Shown here in pieces: positions 37,615-47,638 of a DNA stretch of 64,000 nt. Origin of the DNA: Candidatus Obscuribacteraceae bacterium (lineage in GTDB: Bacteria; Cyanobacteriota; Vampirovibrionia; Obscuribacterales; Obscuribacteraceae); assembly GCA_044229845.1 (NCBI GenBank), contig JBGASG010000001.1, positions 896,001-960,000 on the forward strand. Reading direction: 5' to 3'. The notes under the pieces are model-generated. The model saw only the letters and a list, made by a program, of their open reading frames with translations. It searched no databases and was not told the DNA's origin. The stretch's first letter is position 1. The number at the start of each line of letters is the position of its first letter. Made by a program: the position numbers and the translations under genes.

Positions 37615-39222
37615 CTAATACTGATTGCCGCCCTTCCAAGACCGCACCATATTGTTGTACTCGAACGTGAACTCGATATCCACCGCATCCGGAGCGCTCT
37701 TCGGCAGCACAGGGAAGTAAGGCTGCGCATTGCGTATCGCCGTCAGCGCCGCGGCATCAACGGTGTTGTTGTTGGATGTCTGGCTGATGCGCAGGTCGTT
37801 CATCGATCCGTCTTTGCGCAATTCGAAAATCACCGACGCATTAGACGAGCCATCGCGCGGCGGATACCAGTGCTTCTTGATGATGCGCTGCAACTGGTTC
37901 ATGTAGGCTGAAAAGTCCGGGTTGACTGCGACGCTGGCCACGCTATCCGGTCCATCTACTGCATTAGGATTCGTGTTGCCGAGCACACCACGATCGTTGG
38001 AGACTGGCGCGATGACGTTGTCGTTTTCGCCTGACATAGTCGTACCGTGACCCGGTTGCACGGTCGGCATTGGCGAGGTGTCGCTACGCGATGTACCGCT
38101 CGGGCTCCCTCCAGCCAGAACGGCGACCGGCGTAGCAGTGTCTACAGATGATGGATGTTTCAAGGTCGCCACCATACCCGGTGCGGCGACGGTGCCGCCC
38201 TTCGATGGCGTTGTCGGATTCTTCACCACATCCGGTGTCGAGCCGGCCGAGGTGGCACCATCCGGCGCCATGTTCTCCGACTTGGCCGTGGTGGGACGCA
38301 CCGCCTGTGGTGTGGGATTGCTCTGCGTTCCCGATATGTATTGCACCGGCGCGGCAGTGGCTTGCTTCGGATTAGGATCGCCCGCCGTCGGGCGGCTTGC
38401 CGACAGGTTGCTTGGCACGGGCGTCGTCGCCAGGGTCGGCGTCGTCATGGCTGCCAGCTGTCGCAGGTTAGGCTGCGGCGCTCCCGGTATCGGATCAATC
38501 GCCGGTTGGGGACGCGTCTCATTCGGATTGGGCGCCGCGGCGGAGGCGGTGCTCGGAGCCACGGGGTCGGATGCCGATTCCGGCGCAATGATGTCGCGCC
38601 AGTCGTCGTGCCGTCCGCTGTCGATGCTGTCGCGTTCAGACTGGCGGGTGGTGTCCACGGGCGGCTTCAAAGCCGTTTCTGCCTGTTCGGGAATGAATTC
38701 AATGACTGTGTAATTGCGTTCGATCGGACGCTTGCCGCTGAAGCAGGCAGCCCCGACGAGGCACGCCATCAATAGGGCGAAGTGCGCCAGGTAGACGCCG
38801 CTGGATGTTTCAGTCAGCCCAATCAATTGACTGGGATACTTGATTTGCATCTGCTTGGCGGTGCGCACATCAAAGAAGTAGGCGTCGAAGACGGCATAAG
38901 CCACGAACAAACCCATGAGCGTGAACAAAACCACTGACGCCGGAGATCCGAAATGCGCGTAGCGGACCGCATCGAGCACACTCACGTTAGCCTTGACGTG
39001 AAACTGCTGGCACACTTCGGTGATCGCGCCGACTATCGGTTGGTTAAAGACGATGAGCAGCAGAAGCAGGAAATTTACGATAGTCGCGTCGAGGAAAAGA
39101 ATACCTTTGCGTTTCTCGCCGTTGTAGAGCTGCCCGAGCCCGGGTATCAAAGATAAAAGCGCTGCCTTGGCAGGGTTTTTTCCGGCAGAGTTACCGAATG
39201 CGTCAAAAAACGTCGACGACAT
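37615..39222 (-). CDS. TonB/TolA-family protein with multi-TM N-terminus
   Basis: LSLIPGLGQLYNGE TM motif, Pro/Thr-rich linker, C-terminal YMNQLQRIIKKHWYPP...VDAAALTAI...IEFTF. Confidence 0.8.
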   Translation of the reverse strand: MSSTFFDAFGNSAGKNPAKAALLSLIPGLGQLYNGEKRKGILFLDATIVNFLLLLLIVFNQPIVGAITEVCQQFHVKANVSVLDAVRYAHFGSPASVVLFTLMGLFVAYAVFDAYFFDVRTAKQMQIKYPSQLIGLTETSSGVYLAHFALLMACLVGAACFSGKRPIERNYTVIEFIPEQAETALKPPVDTTRQSERDSIDSGRHDDWRDIIAPESASDPVAPSTASAAAPNPNETRPQPAIDPIPGAPQPNLRQLAAMTTPTLATTPVPSNLSASRPTAGDPNPKQATAAPVQYISGTQSNPTPQAVRPTTAKSENMAPDGATSAGSTPDVVKNPTTPSKGGTVAAPGMVATLKHPSSVDTATPVAVLAGGSPSGTSRSDTSPMPTVQPGHGTTMSGENDNVIAPVSNDRGVLGNTNPNAVDGPDSVASVAVNPDFSAYMNQLQRIIKKHWYPPRDGSSNASVIFELRKDGSMNDLRISQTSNNNTVDAAALTAIRNAQPYFPVLPKSAPDAVDIEFTFEYNNMVRSWKGGNQY

Positions 39223-39409
39223 ATCAACCTCAAAGATTCGTTCGGTCGGCAGGAGAAACGGACCTGGTTCCAATCCCAATGTATTCCAAACCGCTGGGCT
39301 TCTGTAGGGTGATCGCACCGCAAAATATTCAGGGTTTTCCCCGGCGGAATTCGATTTGCACTATCCGTCGGGCTTTGGTAGGCTTCCCAGCCAGGACCAA
39401 GAGGCATAA

Positions 39410-40387
39410 ATGGCGACCACGAAACCCAGCGGCACAGACGACGACCAGCTCTGGCGCGATTACCTGGAAACCGGAATTAAGGCGCTCAATGGCGGGAACC
39501 TCCACCTGGCCGAGGTCGCGCTCTTGGACAGCCTCAAGCATACGGGCTCAAACGGCGGGTCTACGTATCACGTCGAGCAGAGTCTCGAACTCCTGGGCGA
39601 GTTGGCTGCCCGGATTTATTTCGAAAACGAGGAAGAGCGCGCCGTACAGCTTTGTGAGCAGATTCTCCAGATCGGCTACCCGATACTGGGCGGTCAGAAC
39701 AGTGCCGTTTATACGGCTGCCTGCCTGCTTGCCGACCGGTATTTCGACCTGGAGCAGGAGCAGTCCACCACCCCAAAACAGGCAGTCCTGGAGGAGTTAG
39801 CCCAGATTCTTTCGCAGGCGGGGCAGGTCGTCATGTACGAAGATGCCGAAATGGTGGGCAACGGGCTCTACATGCTGGCAAGCCTCTATTACTCCTCCGA
39901 GCAATACGCGACCGCCGAGCGCCTGGTCAGGCAGACGTTGGCGCTGCGGCAAATTGCGCCCCCGCAACTGCAGGCGGCGCTGATTCAGGACTACGAGCTC
40001 TTCGTTAACACGCTCTGCTGGCAATCCAAATTCGAAGAGGCGGAACGCGCCGCCGGCGAATGGATGGCGCTCGCCCGCGATGTGCCCCAATCGGGTGAGG
40101 GGGAAGAAACGCCCGTCCGCGACGGGCGCGAGCTCTACCTGGCACAGATTTACCTGACCCAGGGCGAAATCTACCGCATGATGGAACGCCCCGAAGAAGC
40201 CGAACCAGCTTATCAGCACGCGATAAAACTCCACGAGGCCGAGCGCTGCGATGACTGCTCCGAGATGGCGGCCATCCTGCGCGCCTACGCGCGTTTCTTG
40301 CAAGCCAATTCACGCGCCGACGAAGCGCACCGCATGCTGCGCCGCGCCGGACGCATCAACGACGACAGCGAAGACGTCCTCTCGTAG
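39410..40387 (+). CDS. TPR-repeat protein
   Basis: TPR motifs (YATAERLVRQTL, EAEPAYQHAI). Confidence 0.8.
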   Translation: MATTKPSGTDDDQLWRDYLETGIKALNGGNLHLAEVALLDSLKHTGSNGGSTYHVEQSLELLGELAARIYFENEEERAVQLCEQILQIGYPILGGQNSAVYTAACLLADRYFDLEQEQSTTPKQAVLEELAQILSQAGQVVMYEDAEMVGNGLYMLASLYYSSEQYATAERLVRQTLALRQIAPPQLQAALIQDYELFVNTLCWQSKFEEAERAAGEWMALARDVPQSGEGEETPVRDGRELYLAQIYLTQGEIYRMMERPEEAEPAYQHAIKLHEAERCDDCSEMAAILRAYARFLQANSRADEAHRMLRRAGRINDDSEDVLS

Positions 40388-40400
40388 CCGCCCCAACAAG

Positions 40401-40420
40401 TTGTACAATATTCTGTACAC
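40401..40420 (+). promoter_or_regulatory. Putative TA operator: two TGTACA palindromes 12 bp apart
   Basis: TGTACA at 40402-40407 and 40414-40419, just upstream of the Phd/YefM gene; same core as the yefM-yoeB operator. Confidence 0.65.
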
Positions 40421-40435
40421 CTTGAGACTATTGGC

Positions 40436-40738
40436 ATGGCAAAAGTTCCAAAACGAATCGGCAAAGCGCAGGCGCGCGAAGAATTCTCCAGTCTTATAGA
40501 GTCCGTGGCGAGCGGTGCCGGTGCTGTCGAAATCACAGACTACGGCAGAGTGGCGGCCGTACTCGTGAGCGACGAGGAATATAAGTGGCTTTGTACCTGT
40601 GCTAATAACGCGACGCAGCCTAAGCGTAAGGCTCGTGGCGTAGTAATTCTAGCTGACGACAAAGCGTTAGATGACGCAGCTAAGCAACTGAAGACTGACT
40701 TCGAGTCGTCCATGGATAAGGCGGTGCGCAAGCTGTGA
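40436..40738 (+). CDS. Phd/YefM-family antitoxin
   Basis: QAREEFSSLIESV...VEITDYGRVAAVLVS. Confidence 0.85.
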   Translation: MAKVPKRIGKAQAREEFSSLIESVASGAGAVEITDYGRVAAVLVSDEEYKWLCTCANNATQPKRKARGVVILADDKALDDAAKQLKTDFESSMDKAVRKL

Positions 40739-41151
40739 CTGACAGTTTCCTGGTCACTGATACTCATCCACTTGTTTGGTACCTAGCCAATCAAGAAAAG
40801 AAACTTCCTAAGAAAGTGCTGGCGGCTTTCAAGTCTGCGGAAGAAGGAAACGGCGCCCATATATGGGTTCCCGCAGCTGTTGTCTGGGAGTTCTCGCAAC
40901 TCCTTCGCAAGACTGTTCGCATCAAAGTGGATGCGCCATTCGGTCAGTTGGTGCGGGAGAACTTCTTCATGAAGAGCGTTACTCTGGCAGAGTTACAGCC
41001 TGCTGACCTGATTCTCGCCCACGAGTTCAGTTTTAACCGAGATCCATTCGATTCGCTGATTGTGGCAACTGCCGTACGTCTGGGATTGCCGCTGATGACG
41101 GCAGACCATGAGATCACAGATGCCGAAGCCTGCGACGTCTTTTGGAAATAG
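40735..41151 (+). CDS. vapC: PIN-domain toxin (VapC family)
   Basis: DTHPLVW, VVWE, RDPFDSLIVATA, LMTAD; GTGA overlap with the antitoxin. Confidence 0.88.
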   Translation: MTDSFLVTDTHPLVWYLANQEKKLPKKVLAAFKSAEEGNGAHIWVPAAVVWEFSQLLRKTVRIKVDAPFGQLVRENFFMKSVTLAELQPADLILAHEFSFNRDPFDSLIVATAVRLGLPLMTADHEITDAEACDVFWK

Positions 41152-41205
41152 ATGGGTACTCATTCGTAGATACCGGCTTCTCCCGTCGCGCGTTCCCATG
41201 AAAGA

Positions 41206-42488
41206 ATGTCCTTGGGTGAGGATTCTCGCATGCTAGCTAGCCTTACGTTACCAACAAAGGAATTCACTGCGATTCTTGCCATAGCAGGAGCTGCCTTGGC
41301 TTGCGCGATGTGCTGGACTTACCCCCATCGTCTGGCACTTCCAGATTCGTACAGTGCACAGAAAATGTTTCTGCAAGGCAAGGATGCGTACAAGCAGCGC
41401 AAGTTTGCCGAGGCTGAGCGATGCTTTCGGGCGGCGCTTTCCGAACCGCTGTGTGAATTCAATCGGAACGAACAATATGCTCGCATCGCTATTTGGCTCG
41501 GCGTGTGCAACGCCGACCATGGTACGGCTCGTGATTCAGAGTCTCTCTACGTCGAGGCGATTCGGATTAGAAGGCTGATCTACGGCAGGGTTAGCGAACC
41601 GACTGCAAGTGCGTTGGAGTGCCTGGCAAGTTTGTATAAGGATCAAGGACGCTTTGAGGAGGCCGACACGACTTCAGCTGGAAGTATTTCGTATTCGGGA
41701 AACGCTCTACGGAGCCGATTCACCGATGATGCGAGAGTCGCTTAACTCACTGGGACTGCTGCATTTTGAGCACTTCTACTCTCGACGCGCTAGCTAGCCT
41801 CTACGAAGATGAGTACAAGTACGCGGAAGCGGAAGCTATGTTTCGCGAGTCCTTGCGCATGCGCAAACAACTGTTTGGTTGTGATGATTTTGAAACCGCA
41901 AAGTCTCTAAACAACCTGGCGAGCGTGTGCGCGCATCAAGGGAAGTATCAAGAAGCGGAGTCGCTTTTTGTGCTGGCCATTGACGGACAATCCAAAGCCA
42001 TTGGTGCGAAACATCCTGATGTTCTTGCTTTCAAATCCAACTTAGGTCACCTGTATGACCTACAACATCGGTATGCGGATGCGGAAAGGTTATATCGCGA
42101 GGCCTTAACAGGCAGAAGGAAAGTTCTAGGGTCTTGGCACCCTGACACCGCCATCTCATTGAACAATCTTGGTGGGTGTTTCCTGGACCAGGGTCGCTAT
42201 AGAGATGCAGAGCGATTACTGCGTGAGGCGGTGCATCTCAAAACTGACTTATACGGTCCGAACGACCCAGACACTGCGATCTCACTGTGCTTGTTAGCGG
42301 ATACTAAATTCGAGCAAAAGGACTTCGCCGAAGCAGAGAACTTATATTCTCAGGTCGTCAACATATCATCGGTTCGATATGGGCCGGGAGACTTTCGAAC
42401 TCGGGACTATCTGTCCCACTTAGCCCGCTGCTACCGTGCGCAAGGGAAGCTTGCGCTTGCAAAGAAACTCACTCTCGACGATCAATGA
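41206..42488 (+). pseudogene. Membrane-anchored TPR protein broken into three frames
   Basis: TPR sense moves from 41206..41745 into 41609..41797 (RIRETLYGADSP..SLNSLG) and then into 41766..42488. Confidence 0.65.
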
Positions 42489-42505
42489 CGTGCAAGAGCT
42501 GATAG

Positions 42506-43822
42506 CTAAATAGTTGATAGGGATACTGAGACGCGGTGGTCGAGCCATGGGAAGGTCTCGGCGGCCTGGCGCTCCAGCTCTTCTTGAAACTGCGGCGCTG
42601 CGATACTGATCAACGCCTTCACGCGTTGAGACATGTTCAACCCACGCAGGTTGACGGTACCGTATTCGGTGACCACCCAGTGCACGTCGAAGCGCGACGT
42701 CACGACGCCGGCGCCTGCCTTCAAGGTCGGCACGATGCGCGATATCTGTCCGCCTTTCGCCGTAGACGGCAACGCGATGACCGACTTGCCGCCCTCGCTG
42801 CGCCACGAGCCGCGCACAAAGTCGACCTGCCCACCGCAACCGCTATACATAGATGTACCGATGGAATCGGCGCACACCTGTCCGGTCAGATCTATCTGCA
42901 AAGCCGAGTTAATCGCGGTCATGCGGTAATTCTTGGCGATATTGAATGGATCGTTGACGAAGTCGACCGGCATAAATGCGACATCGTCGTTGTCGTCGAG
43001 AAAGTCATACAGTCGCCGCGTCCCCATCGAAAAGCTGACGACTGATTTGCCGGGCACGAGTGTTTTGCGGCTGTTGTCGATCACCCCGGCTTCGACCAGA
43101 CTTACCACCCCATCCGAGAACATCTCGCTGTGCACCCCGAGATTTTTCTTCCCCTGCAAAGCCAGAAGCACCGCATTCGGAATTTCTCCAATTCCCATCT
43201 GCAGGGTCGCTCCGTCTTCGACCAGGTCTGCGACGCGGCGCCCGATGGACAGCTCGTCTTCGCCGGGCGGATGATTGGGCAATTCACACAGTTCGTATTC
43301 GGTTTCGACGATGTGATGGATCTGATCTATGTGGATTTTTGTTTGTCCGTGGGTGCGCGGCATGCGCGGGTTGACTTCGGCAATTACAAGGCGCGCGTTT
43401 TTCAGCGCCGCCAGCGTGCAATCAAGGGACAAGCCCAGGGTCAAGTTGCCGTCGGCATCAGGCGGTGAGCAGTGCAATAAGACGACGTCGGCGCGTGCGT
43501 TTCCTGACTCGAACATCCACGCCAGGTCGCTGAAGAATATCGGCACGTAGTGCGCGCGGGCTTCGTTCACCGCCAGGCGGGTGTTGGGACCGATGAACAA
43601 ATTCTGCACCGTGAACACATCTTTAAATTGTGGTGCCGCATATGGTGCATCGCCAAGGGTGATGATCTGGTAAATCGTCATGTCCTTCAAATCACCGGCG
43701 GCAGCCCGCTCGGTGAGCGCCGACACCAGCACGCGCGGGCAGGCGGCGTTCGAATGAATGTACACGGCATCACCGGAGCGCACATGCGACAGCGCTTCAG
43801 CGGCATTGGTGGGTTTCTTCAA
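42506..43822 (-). CDS. Acetyl-CoA hydrolase/4-hydroxybutyrate CoA-transferase family protein
   Basis: TLQMGIGEIPNAV, LGVHSEMFSDG, GCGGQVDF, VVTEYG. Confidence 0.92.
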   Translation of the reverse strand: MKKPTNAAEALSHVRSGDAVYIHSNAACPRVLVSALTERAAAGDLKDMTIYQIITLGDAPYAAPQFKDVFTVQNLFIGPNTRLAVNEARAHYVPIFFSDLAWMFESGNARADVVLLHCSPPDADGNLTLGLSLDCTLAALKNARLVIAEVNPRMPRTHGQTKIHIDQIHHIVETEYELCELPNHPPGEDELSIGRRVADLVEDGATLQMGIGEIPNAVLLALQGKKNLGVHSEMFSDGVVSLVEAGVIDNSRKTLVPGKSVVSFSMGTRRLYDFLDDNDDVAFMPVDFVNDPFNIAKNYRMTAINSALQIDLTGQVCADSIGTSMYSGCGGQVDFVRGSWRSEGGKSVIALPSTAKGGQISRIVPTLKAGAGVVTSRFDVHWVVTEYGTVNLRGLNMSQRVKALISIAAPQFQEELERQAAETFPWLDHRVSVSLSTI

Positions 43823-43825
43823 GGC

Positions 43826-44779
43826 CTAGCTCTTTGCCGCCGCGGTCTGTGCAGCAGAGTCGGCGGTTTCTTCTTTGTCGTCGGTGTGCTCTTCCTGAAT
43901 CCAGAAGAGAATCGCCGGGTGGTTCATGTAGCGCACCAGCAAATCAGGCGAATTGCCGAAGCAAGTGCGGCGCACGCTGGAAATTTCCATGACCGGAACC
44001 ACCACCAACGTGTCCGGGTCGGCTTCCGCTTCGGTCTTCCAGTATTCATTTAAGTCGCGCGTCGTCTTCACTTCGTGGGTGCAGCCGGCGATTTCGGGGA
44101 CCAGCTTGGCGTAGTCGCTGAGCACCTTCATGCCTTCCGGTGCCACCACTTCGTCTTCGCCGGCCCCTTCGCGTTCGAGCAGATAGCGGATGCTGGGCTG
44201 AATCTTGAAGGACTTAGCCAACTCGAAGCAGGAGGACAAAAGATCCGACGGCACTTGATTGGAGCCGAGCATGATGCGCATCGAGGTGAACGGTTTGCAG
44301 CGGTCTTGAATCACCAGCAAGGGGCGCGGGCAATAGTGGGTGAGCGATTCGGCGATCGAGCGGCGCGGCAGGCGGCGGCGATCTTCGTCGGGTCCGCGCA
44401 TGCCGGTCGAACGGTGTCCCAACATCACGATGTCGGTGTCCTTGGCGCGCTGGCAGATTTCGCGGATGGTCGTGCCTTCATCGAGGAAGACTTCGCCTTC
44501 GATGTCGTTGTCGTCGGCGAGGGATTTGTAGGCTTCCACCAGGCTTTCGCCGATGGAATAAAGAGAGTTGCGCATGGTTTCGTGGGCGGCGAAGTAGGGA
44601 CCGCTGCCGATGAATCCGGCGATGTCGAAGCCGAGGAAGTCCCAGGCGGCTAGCGAGTCGACCACATGTTGCCCGATAACGCTGAAACTGCTGCGTTTCG
44701 CCATCGTCCAGGCGAGTTCAGCGGCATAACGGGACTGCGCCGAGCCGTCGAGCCCCAGTAGTATTTGTTTCTTCAGCAT
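43826..44779 (-). CDS. Universal stress protein (Usp) family
   Basis: ILLGLDGSAQS...DIVMLGHR...SIAESLTHYCPRPLLVI. Confidence 0.85.
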   Translation of the reverse strand: MLKKQILLGLDGSAQSRYAAELAWTMAKRSSFSVIGQHVVDSLAAWDFLGFDIAGFIGSGPYFAAHETMRNSLYSIGESLVEAYKSLADDNDIEGEVFLDEGTTIREICQRAKDTDIVMLGHRSTGMRGPDEDRRRLPRRSIAESLTHYCPRPLLVIQDRCKPFTSMRIMLGSNQVPSDLLSSCFELAKSFKIQPSIRYLLEREGAGEDEVVAPEGMKVLSDYAKLVPEIAGCTHEVKTTRDLNEYWKTEAEADPDTLVVVPVMEISSVRRTCFGNSPDLLVRYMNHPAILFWIQEEHTDDKEETADSAAQTAAAKS

Positions 44780-45194
44780 CGCTACCTCAAGGAACATGCA
44801 CTCAACAATACGAACGCCCGCAATTTTACCCGGCTGCCCGCGAAATTGCCACGCCGCCACCCCGCCGTGTGAAGGCGAGATGGGCAGCGCTCCGGGCAGC
44901 CGCCCCGAGTGCCTGCGATGATTCGCCGCCGCGATTCAGAAGAACTCAAGTCCAAGTTGCGTAATCAGCAACTTTTTGCGGTCGCCGTGCGCACTTTTCA
45001 CCTTATCACCTCGGATTTAATGAGGAACTGAGCATGGACTGGCTGAAAATGTGCGGATCCGACACATCCACCAATTCGCGGAGTCCACCCGGCGCCGCTG
45101 CCTGTCCAGCAATGAAACGGGGCAGCGCACTGGCGCTACCCCGTCGGTTCAACACACGTTATTACTGCGTTTTTCGCGCGTTCGCGCCTCGCCC

Positions 45195-45848
45195 TTACTT
45201 GCGGCGAGCGGCGTGGCGCAACGTTTTACCGGTCAACTCCGATGCGGAACCCGGGTTGCTCTGAATGTGCGCTTCCAAGAAGTAGAGCGACTTGTCAACG
45301 CCACGAACGATTTCGGTATACAGATCGGATGTGCCGACGTCGTCAAGGTCTTGTGTCTTGTCGATATTTTCACGCGAGCTGGCGCCGAATTGCGACCAGC
45401 GCTCGGCAAGGGCGACCACGAAATCCATGCCTTCAAATATGTTGGTGGGGAATTCGGGCAATTCGGTTGCCTTCGCTGCCATGCGGACGGTTCCCATCGG
45501 CATGCCGCCCAGGGCGGTGACTCGCTCCGCGATCAGGTCGACGTATTCCAGTACTTCGCCTGCCAGTTCATCGAACAGCAGATGCAACTGATAGAAGTCT
45601 TTGCCTTTGACGTTCCAGTGAGCTTGTTTGGTTTGGCTGTGCAGATCAAACGCGTCTGCCAGCGACTGGTTGAGGACAGCGATCACTTGCGTGCGCGTGC
45701 GCTCGGGAATATCAATCATGGTGCGATGCATGACCGGACGGGTGCCGTTCTTGCTCATCATGCTGACGCTGCTTTTGGTGGTAGCGGTCTTGCTGGCGAC
45801 CGCTTTGCGCGCCACAGATTTGGCGGCGGTGGTTTTGGTTTTTTTCAT
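45195..45848 (-). CDS. dps: Dps DNA-protection ferritin-like protein with basic N- and C-terminal tails
   Basis: QTKQAHWNVKG, LHLLFDE, DLIAER. Confidence 0.93.
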   Translation of the reverse strand: MKKTKTTAAKSVARKAVASKTATTKSSVSMMSKNGTRPVMHRTMIDIPERTRTQVIAVLNQSLADAFDLHSQTKQAHWNVKGKDFYQLHLLFDELAGEVLEYVDLIAERVTALGGMPMGTVRMAAKATELPEFPTNIFEGMDFVVALAERWSQFGASSRENIDKTQDLDDVGTSDLYTEIVRGVDKSLYFLEAHIQSNPGSASELTGKTLRHAARRK

Positions 45849-46010
45849 GGGCCTCTCCTAATGCACAGGCAGGCAAATCTACAAATCATCATCGTCGGTG
45901 TCAAGCGCGGTACGCCTGGCTATGATGCGCTGTAATATGTACACGCACGCGACTGCCCCAGCCATCGGCGTGCGCAATAGATGAACTGACGGCGCTCACG
46001 GAGAATCGAC

Positions 46011-46940
46011 TTGAGAGACATATCCGGAAAAATTTCCACGTTGCGAACGGCGCGTGCGCAGGCGGTATTGAAAGCGTCCGCGCATACGATCAAAATGCTG
46101 CGCGACGGTCAGATTCCCAAGGGCGATCCGCTGCCGGTGGCTAAAGTCGCGGCAGTGCAGGCGGCAAAAAACACCAGCAGCATCATTCCTTATTGCCATC
46201 CTTTGCCGGTCGACTATGTCGGCGTCGAGTTTGACGTGCAAGAGACCGCCATCGTCACGCGTGTGGAAGTGAAAGCGATCTACAAGACCGGGGTCGAAAT
46301 GGAAGCGCTGGCGGCGGCATCAGTAGCGGCGTTGACTCTATACGACATGATGAAGATGCTCGACGAAGATATGGCCATTGAAGGTGTGCGCTTGGTAGAA
46401 AAGCGCGGCGGCAAATCAGACTTTCGCGATGCCGCCGGCGCCGGAGCACAACTGAAGGCTGCCGTACTGGTGATGTCCGACTCCATCGCCGCCGGCAAGA
46501 AACAGGATTCGTCAGGCAAACTCATCTGCGAGCGCTTAAAGCTAGAGGGCATTGATGTAGTCGACTACAAAATCGTGCCCGATGAAGAAACGACGATCGA
46601 GAGCACGCTCACCGATTATGCCGATCAGCAGAAGCTCGATCTGGTTGTCACCACCGGTGGTACCGGCCTCAGCCCCCGCGATCGCACCCCGGAAGCGGTG
46701 TCCAGATTGTTCGATCGTCACGTGCCCGGCATTGCTGAAGCAGCGCGCGCCTACGGGCAAGAGCGCACGCCTTACGCCATGCTTTCCCGCAGCCAGGCGG
46801 GCTTGCGCGGCAAGACGCTGATTATCACCATGCCCGGGTCGAAGAATGGCGCCGCCGAATCGCTGGATGCGCTGTTTCCTGCAGTGCTGCACGCTTTCAA
46901 TATGATGAAAGCCGGCGGACACCACGACTGCCAGTCCTGA
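46011..46940 (+). CDS. moaCB: Bifunctional MoaC-MoaB/MogA molybdenum cofactor biosynthesis protein
   Basis: IPYCHPL, TGVEMEAL; then TTGGTGLSPRDRTPEA, MPGS. Confidence 0.92.
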   Translation: MRDISGKISTLRTARAQAVLKASAHTIKMLRDGQIPKGDPLPVAKVAAVQAAKNTSSIIPYCHPLPVDYVGVEFDVQETAIVTRVEVKAIYKTGVEMEALAAASVAALTLYDMMKMLDEDMAIEGVRLVEKRGGKSDFRDAAGAGAQLKAAVLVMSDSIAAGKKQDSSGKLICERLKLEGIDVVDYKIVPDEETTIESTLTDYADQQKLDLVVTTGGTGLSPRDRTPEAVSRLFDRHVPGIAEAARAYGQERTPYAMLSRSQAGLRGKTLIITMPGSKNGAAESLDALFPAVLHAFNMMKAGGHHDCQS

Positions 46941-47020
46941 ACAACAGGCGAGCACGCGAACAGTCGGCAGTCGGCTGCCAATAGCTCACAAAAGCGTCTC
47001 ACCAAAAAAAGTTTTCTACA

Positions 47021-47066
47021 GAAGTTAAATTCGCATCGAAATTGATGCGAATTTGATCTCAACTTC
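47021..47066. terminator. Hairpin between convergent genes
   Basis: AAATTCGCATC-N6-GATGCGAATTT at 47027-47054. Confidence 0.5.
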
Positions 47067-47136
47067 ATGCCATTGAAAACTAATCGCTTTGTGGAGCGAT
47101 GCTAAGCAGATGTGTTGGCGCGGGGAAAGCGGCGGT

Positions 47137-47499
47137 CTATTCGCGAGTGTTGGTCGAACCGACTTCGTTCCAGAGGGCGTTTTCGTCGTATTCCTCGGTC
47201 TTGAGAGGAACCGATGGGTCGAACCCAGGACCCGGAGCGTTGCTGGTCGCTTCACGGAGCATCTTCGAGTTCATCATGCCAAGATCGGTCTCGTACAGGT
47301 TGTACAGAGGCTCAATCGACACGCTGAGGATCTGAAGAACAATGTTTATCTCATTGCCAATCCGCTCCAGCGCAGCTTTCGCCTGCGGAGTGATGGCATG
47401 AGCATTAATGTCCTCAGTGAGCTCTTTTAATCGGTCGGTTTCGGTCATGAGCCGCGCGAGCAACTGCGGAACCGTTTTTTCGGGATCAGAAAGGTCCAT
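47137..47499 (-). CDS. Hypothetical protein
   Basis: 120 aa ORF, GGAGG upstream. Confidence 0.6.
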   Translation of the reverse strand: MDLSDPEKTVPQLLARLMTETDRLKELTEDINAHAITPQAKAALERIGNEINIVLQILSVSIEPLYNLYETDLGMMNSKMLREATSNAPGPGFDPSVPLKTEEYDENALWNEVGSTNTRE

Positions 47500-47638
47500 G
47501 CTATGTGAATGCCTCCAACACCATTATTATCACCAATTCCGCATGTTTCATAGACATCGATCTCATTAGGTTTGCCACAGGCAAACTACCCTCTGTGCCA
47601 TAATTACAGCCGAAAACGGGCGCCCGACGGAGTTTCTC

